Assembly: GCA_001781105.1 (NCBI GenBank)
Contig: MFKV01000006.1
Span: 9,032 to 73,031, forward strand
Length of the DNA stretch: 64,000 nt
Origin: Candidatus Kaiserbacteria bacterium RIFCSPHIGHO2_01_FULL_54_36
GTDB taxonomy: Bacteria > Patescibacteriota > Minisyncoccia > Phycocordibacterales > UBA2100
Direction: 5' to 3'
The notes under the pieces are model-generated. The model was not told where the DNA came from, made no database searches, and saw nothing but the letters and a program-made list of their open reading frames with translations. Both the position numbers and the translations under genes were made by a program. This document shows positions 34,906 through 45,028 of this stretch, one piece after another (positions within the stretch are counted from its first letter, which is position 1; each line of letters begins with the position of its first letter).

Positions 34906-35571
34906 ATACTCTCGGTAGTAATCGCGAGCGTCTTGAAGCATCTGGGAAAGATCCGGGAGCGAATCGTAGTATTCTTCGATTACTGGTCCGGTGATCTTTC
35001 GGGCTAAAGGATCTCTGCTGAAGAATTCCCTCGCACTTGAATACGGATATTCGAGAATTTGTGTGCGCATCTTTTTGATGTCGCACTTTCCCTGTTTCCA
35101 TTTTGGCTCAAACAACTCAGCGGGGTTCAAGATAACGTATGGTATTACTTGCTTCAGATACCGATCGTCGTCGATATGCTTTGCCTTATACGTACCTGCA
35201 AATAACGCTCCCGTCCGATCCCGTCGTGCATTGAAGTGCATTGTGTAGGCAGTAAATACTTTTTGCATGAACTTCGCTATCCCGCCGTCTTGAAGTTGTT
35301 GCAGCACAAAGTGCACGTGTGTCGGCATGAGCGAGAACGCCGCAATCTCGACAAGTGGTTTGCCTCGTTCTTGCGGATCACTCGCGAGGATCGATCGCAG
35401 ATCCCTGCGGTATCGGTCGGAGATAGCCTCGGTGTTGTCTCCGTTTGAAACGTATAAAAGCGACATAAAACGCTCGTAGTCGGCTTTCGACTCGAAAACC
35501 CTACGCTTGTCGACCCCTCTGTTGTAGCAGTGGTACCACTCCTCCGTCACGCATGGTGCTCTCGTTGCCAT
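34891..35571 (-). CDS. IS200-like / REP-associated tyrosine transposase (RAYT, Y1 HUH family)
   Basis: HUH motif MPTHVHFVL and catalytic Tyr region YPYSSAREF. Flanked on both sides by the same palindrome. Confidence 0.7.
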   Translation of the reverse strand: MATRAPCVTEEWYHCYNRGVDKRRVFESKADYERFMSLLYVSNGDNTEAISDRYRRDLRSILASDPQERGKPLVEIAAFSLMPTHVHFVLQQLQDGGIAKFMQKVFTAYTMHFNARRDRTGALFAGTYKAKHIDDDRYLKQVIPYVILNPAELFEPKWKQGKCDIKKMRTQILEYPYSSAREFFSRDPLARKITGPVIEEYYDSLPDLSQMLQDARDYYREYSPEV

Positions 35572-35588
35572 GCAGTAAAGACTACCAC

Positions 35589-35617
35589 GAATCTCCGGAG
35601 GTTTAACCTCCGGAGAT
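35589..35617. repeat. REP-like palindrome copy 2 (AATCTCCGGAGGTTTAACCTCCGGAGATT, perfect)
   Basis: Read directly. Confidence 0.75.
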
Positions 35618-35892
35618 TGTGCACAAGCTCCTTGTGGCGATTTTACGAGGACCGACGTACAATAGGTCTTGTAGCACTCTTTGTTGCTGCCGAGTTCTTA
35701 CAATTGAAGAGCGAAAAGTAGCCTAAACCGCCGAGCAATCGGCGGCATGGCGAAAAGTCCAATGAAGCATGGAAAACCCATCATGGGATTGCTTCATTGG
35801 CCGTACGGGGAAACCCGTATGCTCGGCGCAAGCCGGGACCCGTGGTGGGCTTTGTGTTTTTGCTCGCCACGATAGTCAGTCAGGGAGCAGTT

Positions 35893-36945
35893 ATGCAAAG
35901 ACCAATACACTCACGACGCGCAAATCGCAAATCCCGAAAATGGCCGTCGGCAACTTTGGCGTTGGCAATTGTTCTTGTCGCGTTCGGGTCACTCGTACTT
36001 GGCTCGACGATTTTTGCCACTGCAAAAAATGCACAGCTTGCGGCGGCACTGCAGCCGTCTTCCTGCACAGGCGCGAAGAACGCAGGGTGTCCAAAGGAAG
36101 ATGCAAAAAATACGTACAAGTGCCCGGTCTCGCAGGGGAAATCAAAAGATAAAGTGCCAAAAAACTGTGTCTTGAATAAAGTCTGTTCAGAGAAAGGAGG
36201 CGCGAGCGGGAAGACAATAATGGGTACCTGTGCGTGTCCGGAGATCTGTAAGGCCAATGCCGACGAAGCGACCGACAAGAATGATCCAGGAAAAGACAAA
36301 GGAAAAGGCGCAATGCCAACACTTCCGGGACAAGAAAGTGGCCAACCCCCGCAAATGCAGGGAATGCCAAAAGCAGAGCAAGTTGAACAGCTGCCACAGC
36401 AAACCCCAATCGCGCCAAACAGCGCTGCGACACCGCCACCAGCTGAGAATAAATCTTGGGCTGGCAATGCTTGGGACACCATTCAAAGATTCGCCGGTAT
36501 TGAACCCGCGTCGGTTGATCCGCAAGCGGTGGAAAACATCGAACTCGGCAATGTGTCGGACGATCTAAACAGTCGCCCGCCGATTGCGGAGGGTCGCACA
36601 TTTGATGCTGGCGAACAAGCAAATTATGACGATACGACGGGCATGTATCAGTCGTCTGAGCCTACGCCAAAGACTTCCGACAATATTCCCGACCCCCCTC
36701 CTGCATACGACAATTCTAATTCGACATTCGCTTCATCTGAACAGAGACCTTTCTATTTCGAGAATCTATCGCCTGACGCTAGGGAGATTCATGTTTATAC
36801 AGACGCCGATGGAAAAATCCGCGACATCACTTGGAGCGATTTACCTGATGTCTTTCGAAGGAACATAGGATCTCTCTTATACAATCACCCCTTTACGCAA
36901 GGTGTCATTATTAGACCATGGTCATGGCTTACTAGTTTCTTCTAA
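35893..36945 (+). CDS. membrane-anchored Cys-rich secreted protein, hypothetical
   Basis: Start at MQRPIHS…, TM ATLALAIVLVAFGSLVLG. Cys-rich then Pro/Gln-rich low-complexity. Lower GC. Confidence 0.45.
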   Translation: MQRPIHSRRANRKSRKWPSATLALAIVLVAFGSLVLGSTIFATAKNAQLAAALQPSSCTGAKNAGCPKEDAKNTYKCPVSQGKSKDKVPKNCVLNKVCSEKGGASGKTIMGTCACPEICKANADEATDKNDPGKDKGKGAMPTLPGQESGQPPQMQGMPKAEQVEQLPQQTPIAPNSAATPPPAENKSWAGNAWDTIQRFAGIEPASVDPQAVENIELGNVSDDLNSRPPIAEGRTFDAGEQANYDDTTGMYQSSEPTPKTSDNIPDPPPAYDNSNSTFASSEQRPFYFENLSPDAREIHVYTDADGKIRDITWSDLPDVFRRNIGSLLYNHPFTQGVIIRPWSWLTSFF

Positions 36946-36963
36946 ATATATTCCTAGAAAAAT

Positions 36964-37521
36964 ATGAAAAATCTAAATCAATTTTCTCCGCCTCCGTACG
37001 CAAGATCTGGAGACGAGACTGAGAACCAAAAAACGCTCGACGCACGAGAAAGACTTGAGGCGGACATGCATGAGATGGGAGCAATGTACCAAGCGTATCT
37101 TGAAAATCCGGGAACATTTATCGAATCGTACAAACCGATTGGCGGTGAAATCGCAGAAATGTTTGCGGGATTTGCCGAAGACGGTATAACGCCAGAGATG
37201 ATACTGGAAATAGCGAACGAGAGGGCTGCTGTGAAAGAAAGAATTGCCGTGTTTCAATCTACCCTTGCGGCAATGAGAGATGAGGAATTTGCCAAAATAC
37301 AGAGTCTGCGACACGTGCCTCCGAGATCCGTGCAAATTGCAGACAAATATGGCCAGGCCAATAGAGATACAAAATTTGAAGGGGAGAAACCATATGAAGG
37401 TCAATCTCTGGATTTCTACAAACACGATACATGGCGCTTGGAGCAAGAGTTGCGGCAGAGAGCGGTAACTGCTGAATACGAAAAGAGGAGGAGGCGAGGC
37501 ACTGAATCTCCGGAGGTTTAA
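36964..37521 (+). CDS. hypothetical protein (lower GC); last codons supplied by REP-like palindrome
   Basis: 185-aa ORF ending ESPEV*, encoded by GAATCTCCGGAGGTTTAA. Confidence 0.4.
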   Translation: MKNLNQFSPPPYARSGDETENQKTLDARERLEADMHEMGAMYQAYLENPGTFIESYKPIGGEIAEMFAGFAEDGITPEMILEIANERAAVKERIAVFQSTLAAMRDEEFAKIQSLRHVPPRSVQIADKYGQANRDTKFEGEKPYEGQSLDFYKHDTWRLEQELRQRAVTAEYEKRRRRGTESPEV

Positions 37522-37527
37522 CCTCCC
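37504..37527. repeat. REP-like palindrome copy 3 (degenerate)
   Basis: GAATCTCCGGAGGTTTAACCTCCCAAG. Confidence 0.6.
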
Positions 37528-37758
37528 AAGTTGTTACGTTTGGAATCGCGCGACGGCACGTAATTTCATTATTGTCAAGGTTGACCATGCGGCATCCAGC
37601 ATATATACTCCCGACACATTTGCTGTTAGCTGATTGAGTCACTGTTGCGCTTTTCAAGCAAAGGGGAGGAGGCGTCGAAAGATGCGTTTTCATAAGAAAA
37701 TTTAATAACGGTTCTCACACCTAGGTGCCGCAGACACCTATGGATAGCTTGTTGTAAA

Positions 37759-40700
37759 ATGGCAAAAACGAAGCACGTGCGACCGCAGAAATACTTCGGC
37801 AAGTTCCGGGAACCGCTCGTTAAGTTCCCCTCGCTCGTCGAGTCGCAAATTGCTTCCTTCCGTGATTTCGTGGAGGGTGGCGCCGAGCGCGTGTTCAAGG
37901 AATTCTCGCCCATCTCTGACCACTCAGGGAAGAAATTCGAGCTCAAGCTCGTGAAGTTCACCTTTGGAGAGCTTCGCTGGGACGAGCACTATGCAAAGCG
38001 CACGATGCGCACGTATGAGACGCCACTTTCGATGGTGGTACGCTTAAAGAATAAGACGACAAACGAGGAGAAAGAGCAGGAAATTTTCCTTGCCGATTTC
38101 CCGTGGATGACCGCACACGGCACCTTCATCATCAACGGTGTGGAGCGTATCGTCGTGCCGCAGCTTGCGCGCTCGTACGGCGTGTTTTTCGAATCGATCC
38201 CCTACAAAGGAAAAAATTATTTCGCGGCAAAGATCATTCCCGCGCGCGGCGTGTGGATCGAGATAGAGTCCGACGCTGATGGCGGCATCTACGTAAAGAT
38301 CGATCGCAAGCGCAAGTTCCCCGTGACTTCGCTTTTGCGCGTCTTGGGGCTTACGACCGAGAAGGAGATCTTGGGCGCATTCTCCGCCAAAGGCGGATCC
38401 GCCTCCGGCGGAGAAAAATCTCCCCTCGCGCACGACGCAGTCGCGAAGACGCTTGAGCACGACCATGCGCACACACCTGAGGAGGCATTTGTCGAGATAT
38501 ACCGAAGGCTGCGCGACGGCGACATCGCGACCCCAGAGTCAGCTCGCGACCACGTAAACTCCATTCTTTCCGCTGAGCGCTACGACTTTTCGCGCGTCGG
38601 ACGCTTCCACTTCAACCGCCGCTTCGGGCTCAGTATTGCCGAAAAAGACCTGGCCAATGCCACACTCACGCTCTCCGATGTCGTGCGCATCATTACCCAC
38701 ATTGCGGAGTTGAACGCCAATCCAGCGGCGCTTCCAGACGACATCGACCACCTCGGTTTTCGCCGCGTGCGCTTCGCGGGCGAGCTCCTTGAGAGCCGAA
38801 TGCGCGTCGGGCTTTCACGCATGAAGCGCAACATCCAGGACCGTATGGCGATGGTGGACGCAGAAACCACTTCGCCGGTCACGTTTGTGAATCCCAGACC
38901 CTTCCAGGCAGCGATCCGAGAATTTTTCACTACGGATCAGCTCTCGCAGCTCATGCAGCAGTACAATACGCTCGACGAGATCGAGCACTTGCGCACGCTC
39001 TCGACTCTTGGCCGCGGCGGGCTCACAAGCGAGCGCGCAGGATTGGAAGTGCGTGATGTGCACTCTTCTCACTACGGCCGCGTATGCCCCATCCATACTC
39101 CTGAGGGCAAGAACATCGGGCTCGTGCTTCACATGTCGCTCTACGCGCGCCCCAATGAATTCGGCATCATCGAAACTCCGTATGCAAAAGTCGAGAAGGG
39201 CATCGTGACCAAAGAGATCAAGTATTTGAATGCCTTGGAGGAAGAACAGTATGCGATCGCGCACGCGGGGATCCCGCGCGACGCGAGCGGACACATTACG
39301 GTGAAGATGGTTGAGGTGCGCAAGGAGGGCAATCCCACGCTTGTGAAGCGCGAACAGGTAGATTTCATGGAAGTTGCGACCAACCAGCCGTTTTCTGTTG
39401 CGACGTCGCTCATTCCGTTCGTCGAGAACGACGACGCCAACCGCGCGCTCATGGGTTCGAACATGCAAAAGCAGGCTGTCCCGCTCGTCGTCCCAGAGGC
39501 GCCCTACGTTGCAACAGGCGTCGAGGCTGCAGCAGCACGCGACTCGGGACGACTTATCGTTGCCGAAGAAGCGGGAGAGGTTACCTATGCAGACGCGCAG
39601 ACCATCAAGGTCAAGAACGCGGACGGAAAGACGAAAGAGTATCCACTCGTCAACTTCTCCCGCACCAACGGCTTTACCACCTTTCATCAGCGCCCCCTTA
39701 TTTCCGTGGGGGATTCCGTGAAGAAGGGGGGTATTCTCGCTGATACCTCGACCTCGGTCGGAGGCCAGCTTGCTATAGGCCAGAACGTGCGGGTGGCCTT
39801 CTTGCCGTGGTTTGGCGCCAACTTCGAAGACGCCATCGTCATTTCAGAAAAACTCGCAAAAGAAGCACGATTCACCTCAATACACATGGAGGAATTTATT
39901 TGCGTTGTGCGCGATACCAAGCTCGGCGCTGAAGTGACGACCCACGACATTCCCAACGTTTCCGAATTCAAACTCCGCAATCTGGATGAAGACGGTGTCA
40001 TACGCATCGGCGCGGAAGTGCGCTCCGGCGACATCTTAGTCGGCAAAGTGACGCCGAAAGGCGAAACACAGCTCACTCCCGAAGAGCGCCTTTTGCACGC
40101 CATCTTCGGCGAGAAGGCGAAAGACGTGAAAGATACATCGCTTCGTATGGAGGGCGGCAAGCGTGGTCGCGTCATTGGCGTCAAAGTATTCTCGCGCGAA
40201 ACGGGCGATCAGCTCGAATCGGGCGTTATCAAGCGTGTGCATATCGAAGTGGCGCAGCTGCGCACGATCTCGGTAGGCGACAAGCTCGCCGGCCGCCATG
40301 GCAACAAAGGCGTCATCTCGCGCATTTTGCCGGAAGAGGACATGCCATTCGACGAGGACGGCAATCCGGTTGACATCATTCTCACACCGCTCGGCGTGCC
40401 TTCGCGCATGAACTTGGGCCAGATCCTCGAGCTGCACTTGGGGCTTGCGGCTGAAATGCTCGGCTACCAGGCGGTCGTGCCATCGTTCGCTGGGGCGACC
40501 GAAGAGGAGATCCGGAGCGAACTTAAGAAAGCTGGGGTAGCTGAAAGCGGCAAGCGAGTCCTATACGATGGCCGTACAGGCGAAGCTTTCGCGCAGCCCG
40601 TTTCGGTCGGCGTCATGTATATATTGAAACTCCATCACATGGTGGAGGACAAGATCCACATGCGCTCTATCGGCCCGTACTCGCTCACGACGCAGCAGCC

Positions 40701-40965
40701 TTTGGGCGGCAAAGCGCAGAACGGCGGCCAGCGCGTGGGGGAAATGGAAGTCTGGGCATTCTTGGGCTACGGCGCCGCATATTCACTCCGGGAAATCCTC
40801 ACCATCAAATCCGATGACATCTTGGGCCGCTCTGCAGCCTTTGATGCTATCGTCTCCGGCAAGCGCATCGAAGAGAGCAACACGCCTGCCACGTTCAACG
40901 TCTTGGTCCGGCATTTGCGCGGTCTGGGGATCGATATTGAATTCAAGGAAAGAGTCAGTAGTTAG
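37759..40965 (+). CDS. rpoB: DNA-directed RNA polymerase beta subunit
   Basis: Full-length RpoB (1068 aa) with conserved regions. Confidence 0.95.
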   Translation: MAKTKHVRPQKYFGKFREPLVKFPSLVESQIASFRDFVEGGAERVFKEFSPISDHSGKKFELKLVKFTFGELRWDEHYAKRTMRTYETPLSMVVRLKNKTTNEEKEQEIFLADFPWMTAHGTFIINGVERIVVPQLARSYGVFFESIPYKGKNYFAAKIIPARGVWIEIESDADGGIYVKIDRKRKFPVTSLLRVLGLTTEKEILGAFSAKGGSASGGEKSPLAHDAVAKTLEHDHAHTPEEAFVEIYRRLRDGDIATPESARDHVNSILSAERYDFSRVGRFHFNRRFGLSIAEKDLANATLTLSDVVRIITHIAELNANPAALPDDIDHLGFRRVRFAGELLESRMRVGLSRMKRNIQDRMAMVDAETTSPVTFVNPRPFQAAIREFFTTDQLSQLMQQYNTLDEIEHLRTLSTLGRGGLTSERAGLEVRDVHSSHYGRVCPIHTPEGKNIGLVLHMSLYARPNEFGIIETPYAKVEKGIVTKEIKYLNALEEEQYAIAHAGIPRDASGHITVKMVEVRKEGNPTLVKREQVDFMEVATNQPFSVATSLIPFVENDDANRALMGSNMQKQAVPLVVPEAPYVATGVEAAAARDSGRLIVAEEAGEVTYADAQTIKVKNADGKTKEYPLVNFSRTNGFTTFHQRPLISVGDSVKKGGILADTSTSVGGQLAIGQNVRVAFLPWFGANFEDAIVISEKLAKEARFTSIHMEEFICVVRDTKLGAEVTTHDIPNVSEFKLRNLDEDGVIRIGAEVRSGDILVGKVTPKGETQLTPEERLLHAIFGEKAKDVKDTSLRMEGGKRGRVIGVKVFSRETGDQLESGVIKRVHIEVAQLRTISVGDKLAGRHGNKGVISRILPEEDMPFDEDGNPVDIILTPLGVPSRMNLGQILELHLGLAAEMLGYQAVVPSFAGATEEEIRSELKKAGVAESGKRVLYDGRTGEAFAQPVSVGVMYILKLHHMVEDKIHMRSIGPYSLTTQQPLGGKAQNGGQRVGEMEVWAFLGYGAAYSLREILTIKSDDILGRSAAFDAIVSGKRIEESNTPATFNVLVRHLRGLGIDIEFKERVSS

Positions 40966-41040
40966 TAGTAAGTAGAAAATAGTATGAATACAAAATACAA
41001 ACACGCGCCACTACTAACTACTAACTACTAACTATTTACT

Positions 41041-44000
41041 ATGCAACGAAAAAAAGACATCATACCTCAAGATTTTGAAGCAGTGGCGATGCGGCTTGCT
41101 TCCCCCGAGCGCATGGCCGAGTGGAGCTTTGGCGAGATCACAAAGCCAGAGACCATCAACTACCGGACACAGCGTCCGGAGAAAAACGGCCTCTTCGACG
41201 AACGCGTCTTCGGGCCCGAGAAAGATTACGAATGCTACTGTGGCAAATATCGAGGCATTCGCTTCCGCGGCATCGTCTGCGAGAAGTGTGGCGTCGAGAT
41301 CACGCGCGCGATCGTGCGCCGGGAGCGCATGGGCCACATCGATCTTGCGACTCCCGTTTCGCACATCTGGTTTTTGCGCGGCATCCCGTCGCGCATCGCA
41401 CTCATGCTGGGCCTTTCTGCTGCAGAGGTGGAAAAAGTAGTTTACTTTGCCGGCTACATCGTGACGCACGTGGATGAAAAAGAGCGCGACCGGCTCCTGA
41501 AGGACCTCGAACAGGAATTTTCGACAAAGAACAAATCCGCCGCGACCGCGGAGGTCAAAACCGATCTCAAGGAGCGTGCCACGAAGGCGAAGAAAGAGAT
41601 CGAATCCGTTGAACAGGGCGTCGTCCTTGATGAAGCCGCATACCACCTTTTCGCCGTGAAATATGGCGCAATGTTCCGAGCAGCGATAGGCGCCGAGGCC
41701 TTGTATAACATTTTGAAGCACATAGACATCGATGCGTTCATTAAGAAGGTGAAAGAGCAATACGAGAAATCAGGTGCTGCCGATCGCGATAAGCTGCGCA
41801 AGCGCTTGGGGCTCGCCGAGAGCTTGCAGCGCGCGGGCGTGCGCCCCGAGTGGATGTTTATGACACGCTTACCGATCGTTCCGCCAGCTCTCCGCCCCAT
41901 GGTCGCGCTCGAAGGCGGCCGCCACGCATCAAGCGACCTCAACGACCTCTACCGCCGTGTTATCAACAGAAACAACCGCCTGAAGCGCCTTTTGGCCATT
42001 CACGCGCCCGAAGTCATTTTGCGCAACGAGAAGCGCATCTTGCAGGAAGCAGTGGATGCCCTCCTCGACAACTCGATGCGCCGCGGCGCGGGGGTGTTAG
42101 GTATCCTCGGTGGCCGCCGTCGCGCGCTCAAATCTCTTGCTGACTACTTGAAGGGCAAGCACGGGTATCTGCGCCAAAATCTCCTGGGCAAGCGCGTCGA
42201 TTACTCGGGCCGCTCGGTCATCGTCGTCGGCCCGGATCTCGCGCTCGATGAGTGCGGTTTACCCAAGCATATGGTGCTCGAACTGTTCCGCCCGTTCGTT
42301 ATCGCGGGCCTTCTCGCGCGCGAGCTTGCATACAACATCCGCGGCGCCGGCCGCCTCATAGAAGACGAGGCGCCGGAGGTATGGCCGATTCTCGAAGAGG
42401 CTATCAAAGATAAGTACGTACTTCTCAACCGCGCGCCAACACTTCACCGCCAATCGATCCAGGCGTTCCGCCCGGTCTTGATCGAAGGCAATGCGATCCA
42501 GGTGCATCCGCTCGTGTGCCCCGCGTACAACGCTGACTTCGACGGCGACGCGATGGCTGTGCACGTGCCGCTCTCGGAGGCCGCGCAGAAAGAGGCGCAG
42601 ATGATAATGTCCGCCAACAAGAACGTTTTGAAGCCAGGCTCGGGCGACGTCGTCGTAGCAAGTAAGCTTCTCGATATCGTCTTGGGCTGCTACTGGATGA
42701 CAAAGTCGGTTGAGAAGGCGAAAGGCGAGGGCAGCGCATTCCCTTCCACCAACGCGGCCATCACCGCGCACGATTTTGGTGCGGTAGATCTGCGCGCCAA
42801 GATCAAGGTCTTGCCGACGGAAAACAAGAAATACGAGCAGTTCCAGGGCAAAGTATTCGAGACCACCGTTGGCCGCCTGCTTTTCAATTCGGTCCTGCCG
42901 AGCGACTTTCCGTTCCTCAACGAAGAGATAACCAACAAGCGTATGGGCGCCCTGGTACAAAACCTTGTTACGCACTACAAGCTCGACGGCATTCCCGTCA
43001 TCCTCGACAAGATCAAAGCCTTCGGCTTCCGCTACGCCACGTACGCAGGCATTACCTGGTCAATTTCAGACGTTATCGTGCCTTCGCAAAAAGAAGCGAT
43101 GGTACGTGAAGGGCGCGAGCAAGCTGCGCGCGAGCTCGAGAACTACCTGAGCGGGCTTCTTACCGAAGATGAACGCCGCCGCATGACGATCGAGATCTGG
43201 GGCAAAGTCTCCGGCGAGCTCCGCAAGCATGTGGTAGACGCGCTCGACAACACGGGCTCCGTGCACGACATGATCCAATCGGGCGCCCGCGGCTCGGTGG
43301 TCCAGCTGCACCAAATGGTGGGCATGAAAGGCCTCATTACCAACCCGCGTGGCGAGATCATCGAATTCCCTATTACCTCGTCGCTGAAAGAGGGCCTTAC
43401 GCCAATTGAATACTTCATTTCGACGCACGGCGCTCGCAAAGGCTTGGCCGATACCGCGCTCAATACCGCGCGCGCGGGGTATCTCACACGCCGTCTATTC
43501 GATGTGGCGCACGACGTGGTCGTCCTGGAGAACGACTGCGGCACCAAAGAAGGCGTTCTCATCAAACGCCCGGGAAAGGAAAATATCGGCGGCTCATTTA
43601 CTGACCGGGTGAATGGCCGCGTACTTGCGGAAGAGGTGGTTGCATTTAAGCGCAACCATCTTCTTAATCGCGATGATGCGAAAGCGATAGAAGAAAGCGA
43701 TGCACAAGAGGTAGTGGTACGCAGCCCGATGACCTGCAGGGTCGCAAGAGGCGTGTGCCAAAAGTGCTACGGCATGGACCTTACGACCGGCGAGATCGTG
43801 GATGTGGGCGAAGCGATCGGCGTTATCGCCGCGCAAGCCATCGGCGAGCCGGGAACTCAGCTTACGATGCGCACCTTCCACACCGGAGGTGTGGCAACAG
43901 CTGGCGGCGACATTACGATGGGCTTGCCCCGCGTCGAAGAAGTCTTCGAGACGCGCGCACCAAAATTGCCAGCCACCATTTCCCGTGTTGACGGCGTTGT

Positions 44001-44733
44001 TACCGACATCCAGAAAGACGGGCAGGAGACTGTCATCACCATTCTTCCTGAAGCCTCGACCGCGAAGCAGACAGCGAAGGCTGCGAAGAAAGATGCCGAA
44101 TACCGCATACACCCACTCCGTACGATCCTTGTGAAGAAGGGAGCAAACGTTGCAAAAGGGGATTTCCTCACCGACGGCTCGGCGGATCTCGAAGAACTCT
44201 TCACGCTTGCCGGCAAGGAGCGCTCGCAGCAATACATAATCGACGAGATCACGCGTATCTACGAATTGCAGGGTGTCTCTACGGGTCGCAAGCACCTCGA
44301 AGTCATCGTGAAGCAAATGTTCTCCCGCGTCTCCGTTACGACTTCCGGCGATACTGGAGTCTCTGCAGGAGAGATCGTTGCAGACTTCGAATTCGAACGC
44401 ATCAACAAGGTGCAGAAAGAAGTGGACGGCGAGCTCGCGAAAGGCAAGCAGCTCCTGCTCGGCATTACTGAGGTCTCGCTCACACGCGCATCCTTCCTCT
44501 CAGCTATCTCCTTCCAAAACACCCCGCGCAAGCTCGCTGAAGCGGCTGTAAGCGGTGCCGTAGACCGCTTGGTGGGTCTCAAGGAGAACGTCATCATCGG
44601 CCGCCTCATCCCCGCCGGCACCGGATTCCCCGGCTCTAAAAAACACGCGATGATAGAAGAAATGGAAGCAGGCTTCGCCGCCTCAGCACCCGCCGAAGTG
44701 CCGCAAACCGAACGGGAGCGCTCGGAGCGGTAG
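41041..44733 (+). CDS. rpoC: DNA-directed RNA polymerase beta' subunit
   Basis: Zn finger [20 protein letters not shown] and catalytic NADFDGD. Confidence 0.95.
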   Translation: MQRKKDIIPQDFEAVAMRLASPERMAEWSFGEITKPETINYRTQRPEKNGLFDERVFGPEKDYECYCGKYRGIRFRGIVCEKCGVEITRAIVRRERMGHIDLATPVSHIWFLRGIPSRIALMLGLSAAEVEKVVYFAGYIVTHVDEKERDRLLKDLEQEFSTKNKSAATAEVKTDLKERATKAKKEIESVEQGVVLDEAAYHLFAVKYGAMFRAAIGAEALYNILKHIDIDAFIKKVKEQYEKSGAADRDKLRKRLGLAESLQRAGVRPEWMFMTRLPIVPPALRPMVALEGGRHASSDLNDLYRRVINRNNRLKRLLAIHAPEVILRNEKRILQEAVDALLDNSMRRGAGVLGILGGRRRALKSLADYLKGKHGYLRQNLLGKRVDYSGRSVIVVGPDLALDECGLPKHMVLELFRPFVIAGLLARELAYNIRGAGRLIEDEAPEVWPILEEAIKDKYVLLNRAPTLHRQSIQAFRPVLIEGNAIQVHPLVCPAYNADFDGDAMAVHVPLSEAAQKEAQMIMSANKNVLKPGSGDVVVASKLLDIVLGCYWMTKSVEKAKGEGSAFPSTNAAITAHDFGAVDLRAKIKVLPTENKKYEQFQGKVFETTVGRLLFNSVLPSDFPFLNEEITNKRMGALVQNLVTHYKLDGIPVILDKIKAFGFRYATYAGITWSISDVIVPSQKEAMVREGREQAARELENYLSGLLTEDERRRMTIEIWGKVSGELRKHVVDALDNTGSVHDMIQSGARGSVVQLHQMVGMKGLITNPRGEIIEFPITSSLKEGLTPIEYFISTHGARKGLADTALNTARAGYLTRRLFDVAHDVVVLENDCGTKEGVLIKRPGKENIGGSFTDRVNGRVLAEEVVAFKRNHLLNRDDAKAIEESDAQEVVVRSPMTCRVARGVCQKCYGMDLTTGEIVDVGEAIGVIAAQAIGEPGTQLTMRTFHTGGVATAGGDITMGLPRVEEVFETRAPKLPATISRVDGVVTDIQKDGQETVITILPEASTAKQTAKAAKKDAEYRIHPLRTILVKKGANVAKGDFLTDGSADLEELFTLAGKERSQQYIIDEITRIYELQGVSTGRKHLEVIVKQMFSRVSVTTSGDTGVSAGEIVADFEFERINKVQKEVDGELAKGKQLLLGITEVSLTRASFLSAISFQNTPRKLAEAAVSGAVDRLVGLKENVIIGRLIPAGTGFPGSKKHAMIEEMEAGFAASAPAEVPQTERERSER

Positions 44734-44808
44734 CTTTGACAGCTAGTTTGTGTTCGCATATGGTGCAAGTCGGACTTCAGTCCGAGGTGTTCCACTTTGG
44801 AGGATGAT

Positions 44809-44955
44809 ATGCCTAAAAACCACGCGATCTATATTGGAGGTCTTGGCGTTGCAGTGTTCGGCGGCGTCATAATCGGAGTCGCTCTTGCCAATTTTACGCT
44901 CGGGGTCGGCATCGCCGTCCTCGGAATGGGCCTGGCGATGATGCTGAAGTCGTAG
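44809..44955 (+). CDS. small hydrophobic membrane peptide (48 aa)
   Basis: SD GGAGG 6 nt upstream. MPKNHAIYIGGLGVAVFGGVIIGVALANFTLGVGIAVLGMGLAMMLKS. Followed by a terminator. Confidence 0.5.
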   Translation: MPKNHAIYIGGLGVAVFGGVIIGVALANFTLGVGIAVLGMGLAMMLKS

Positions 44956-44970
44956 TTACCCAACATCGTA

Positions 44971-45004
44971 GCCCGGCGGCGTTCGCCGGGCTTTCGCTTT
45001 TCTT
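44971..45004 (+). terminator. rho-independent terminator
   Basis: GCCCGGCG-GCGTT-CGCCGGGC followed by TTTCGCTTTTCTT. Confidence 0.65.
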
Positions 45005-45028
45005 AATTTCTCGGAGCATAATAGGTGC

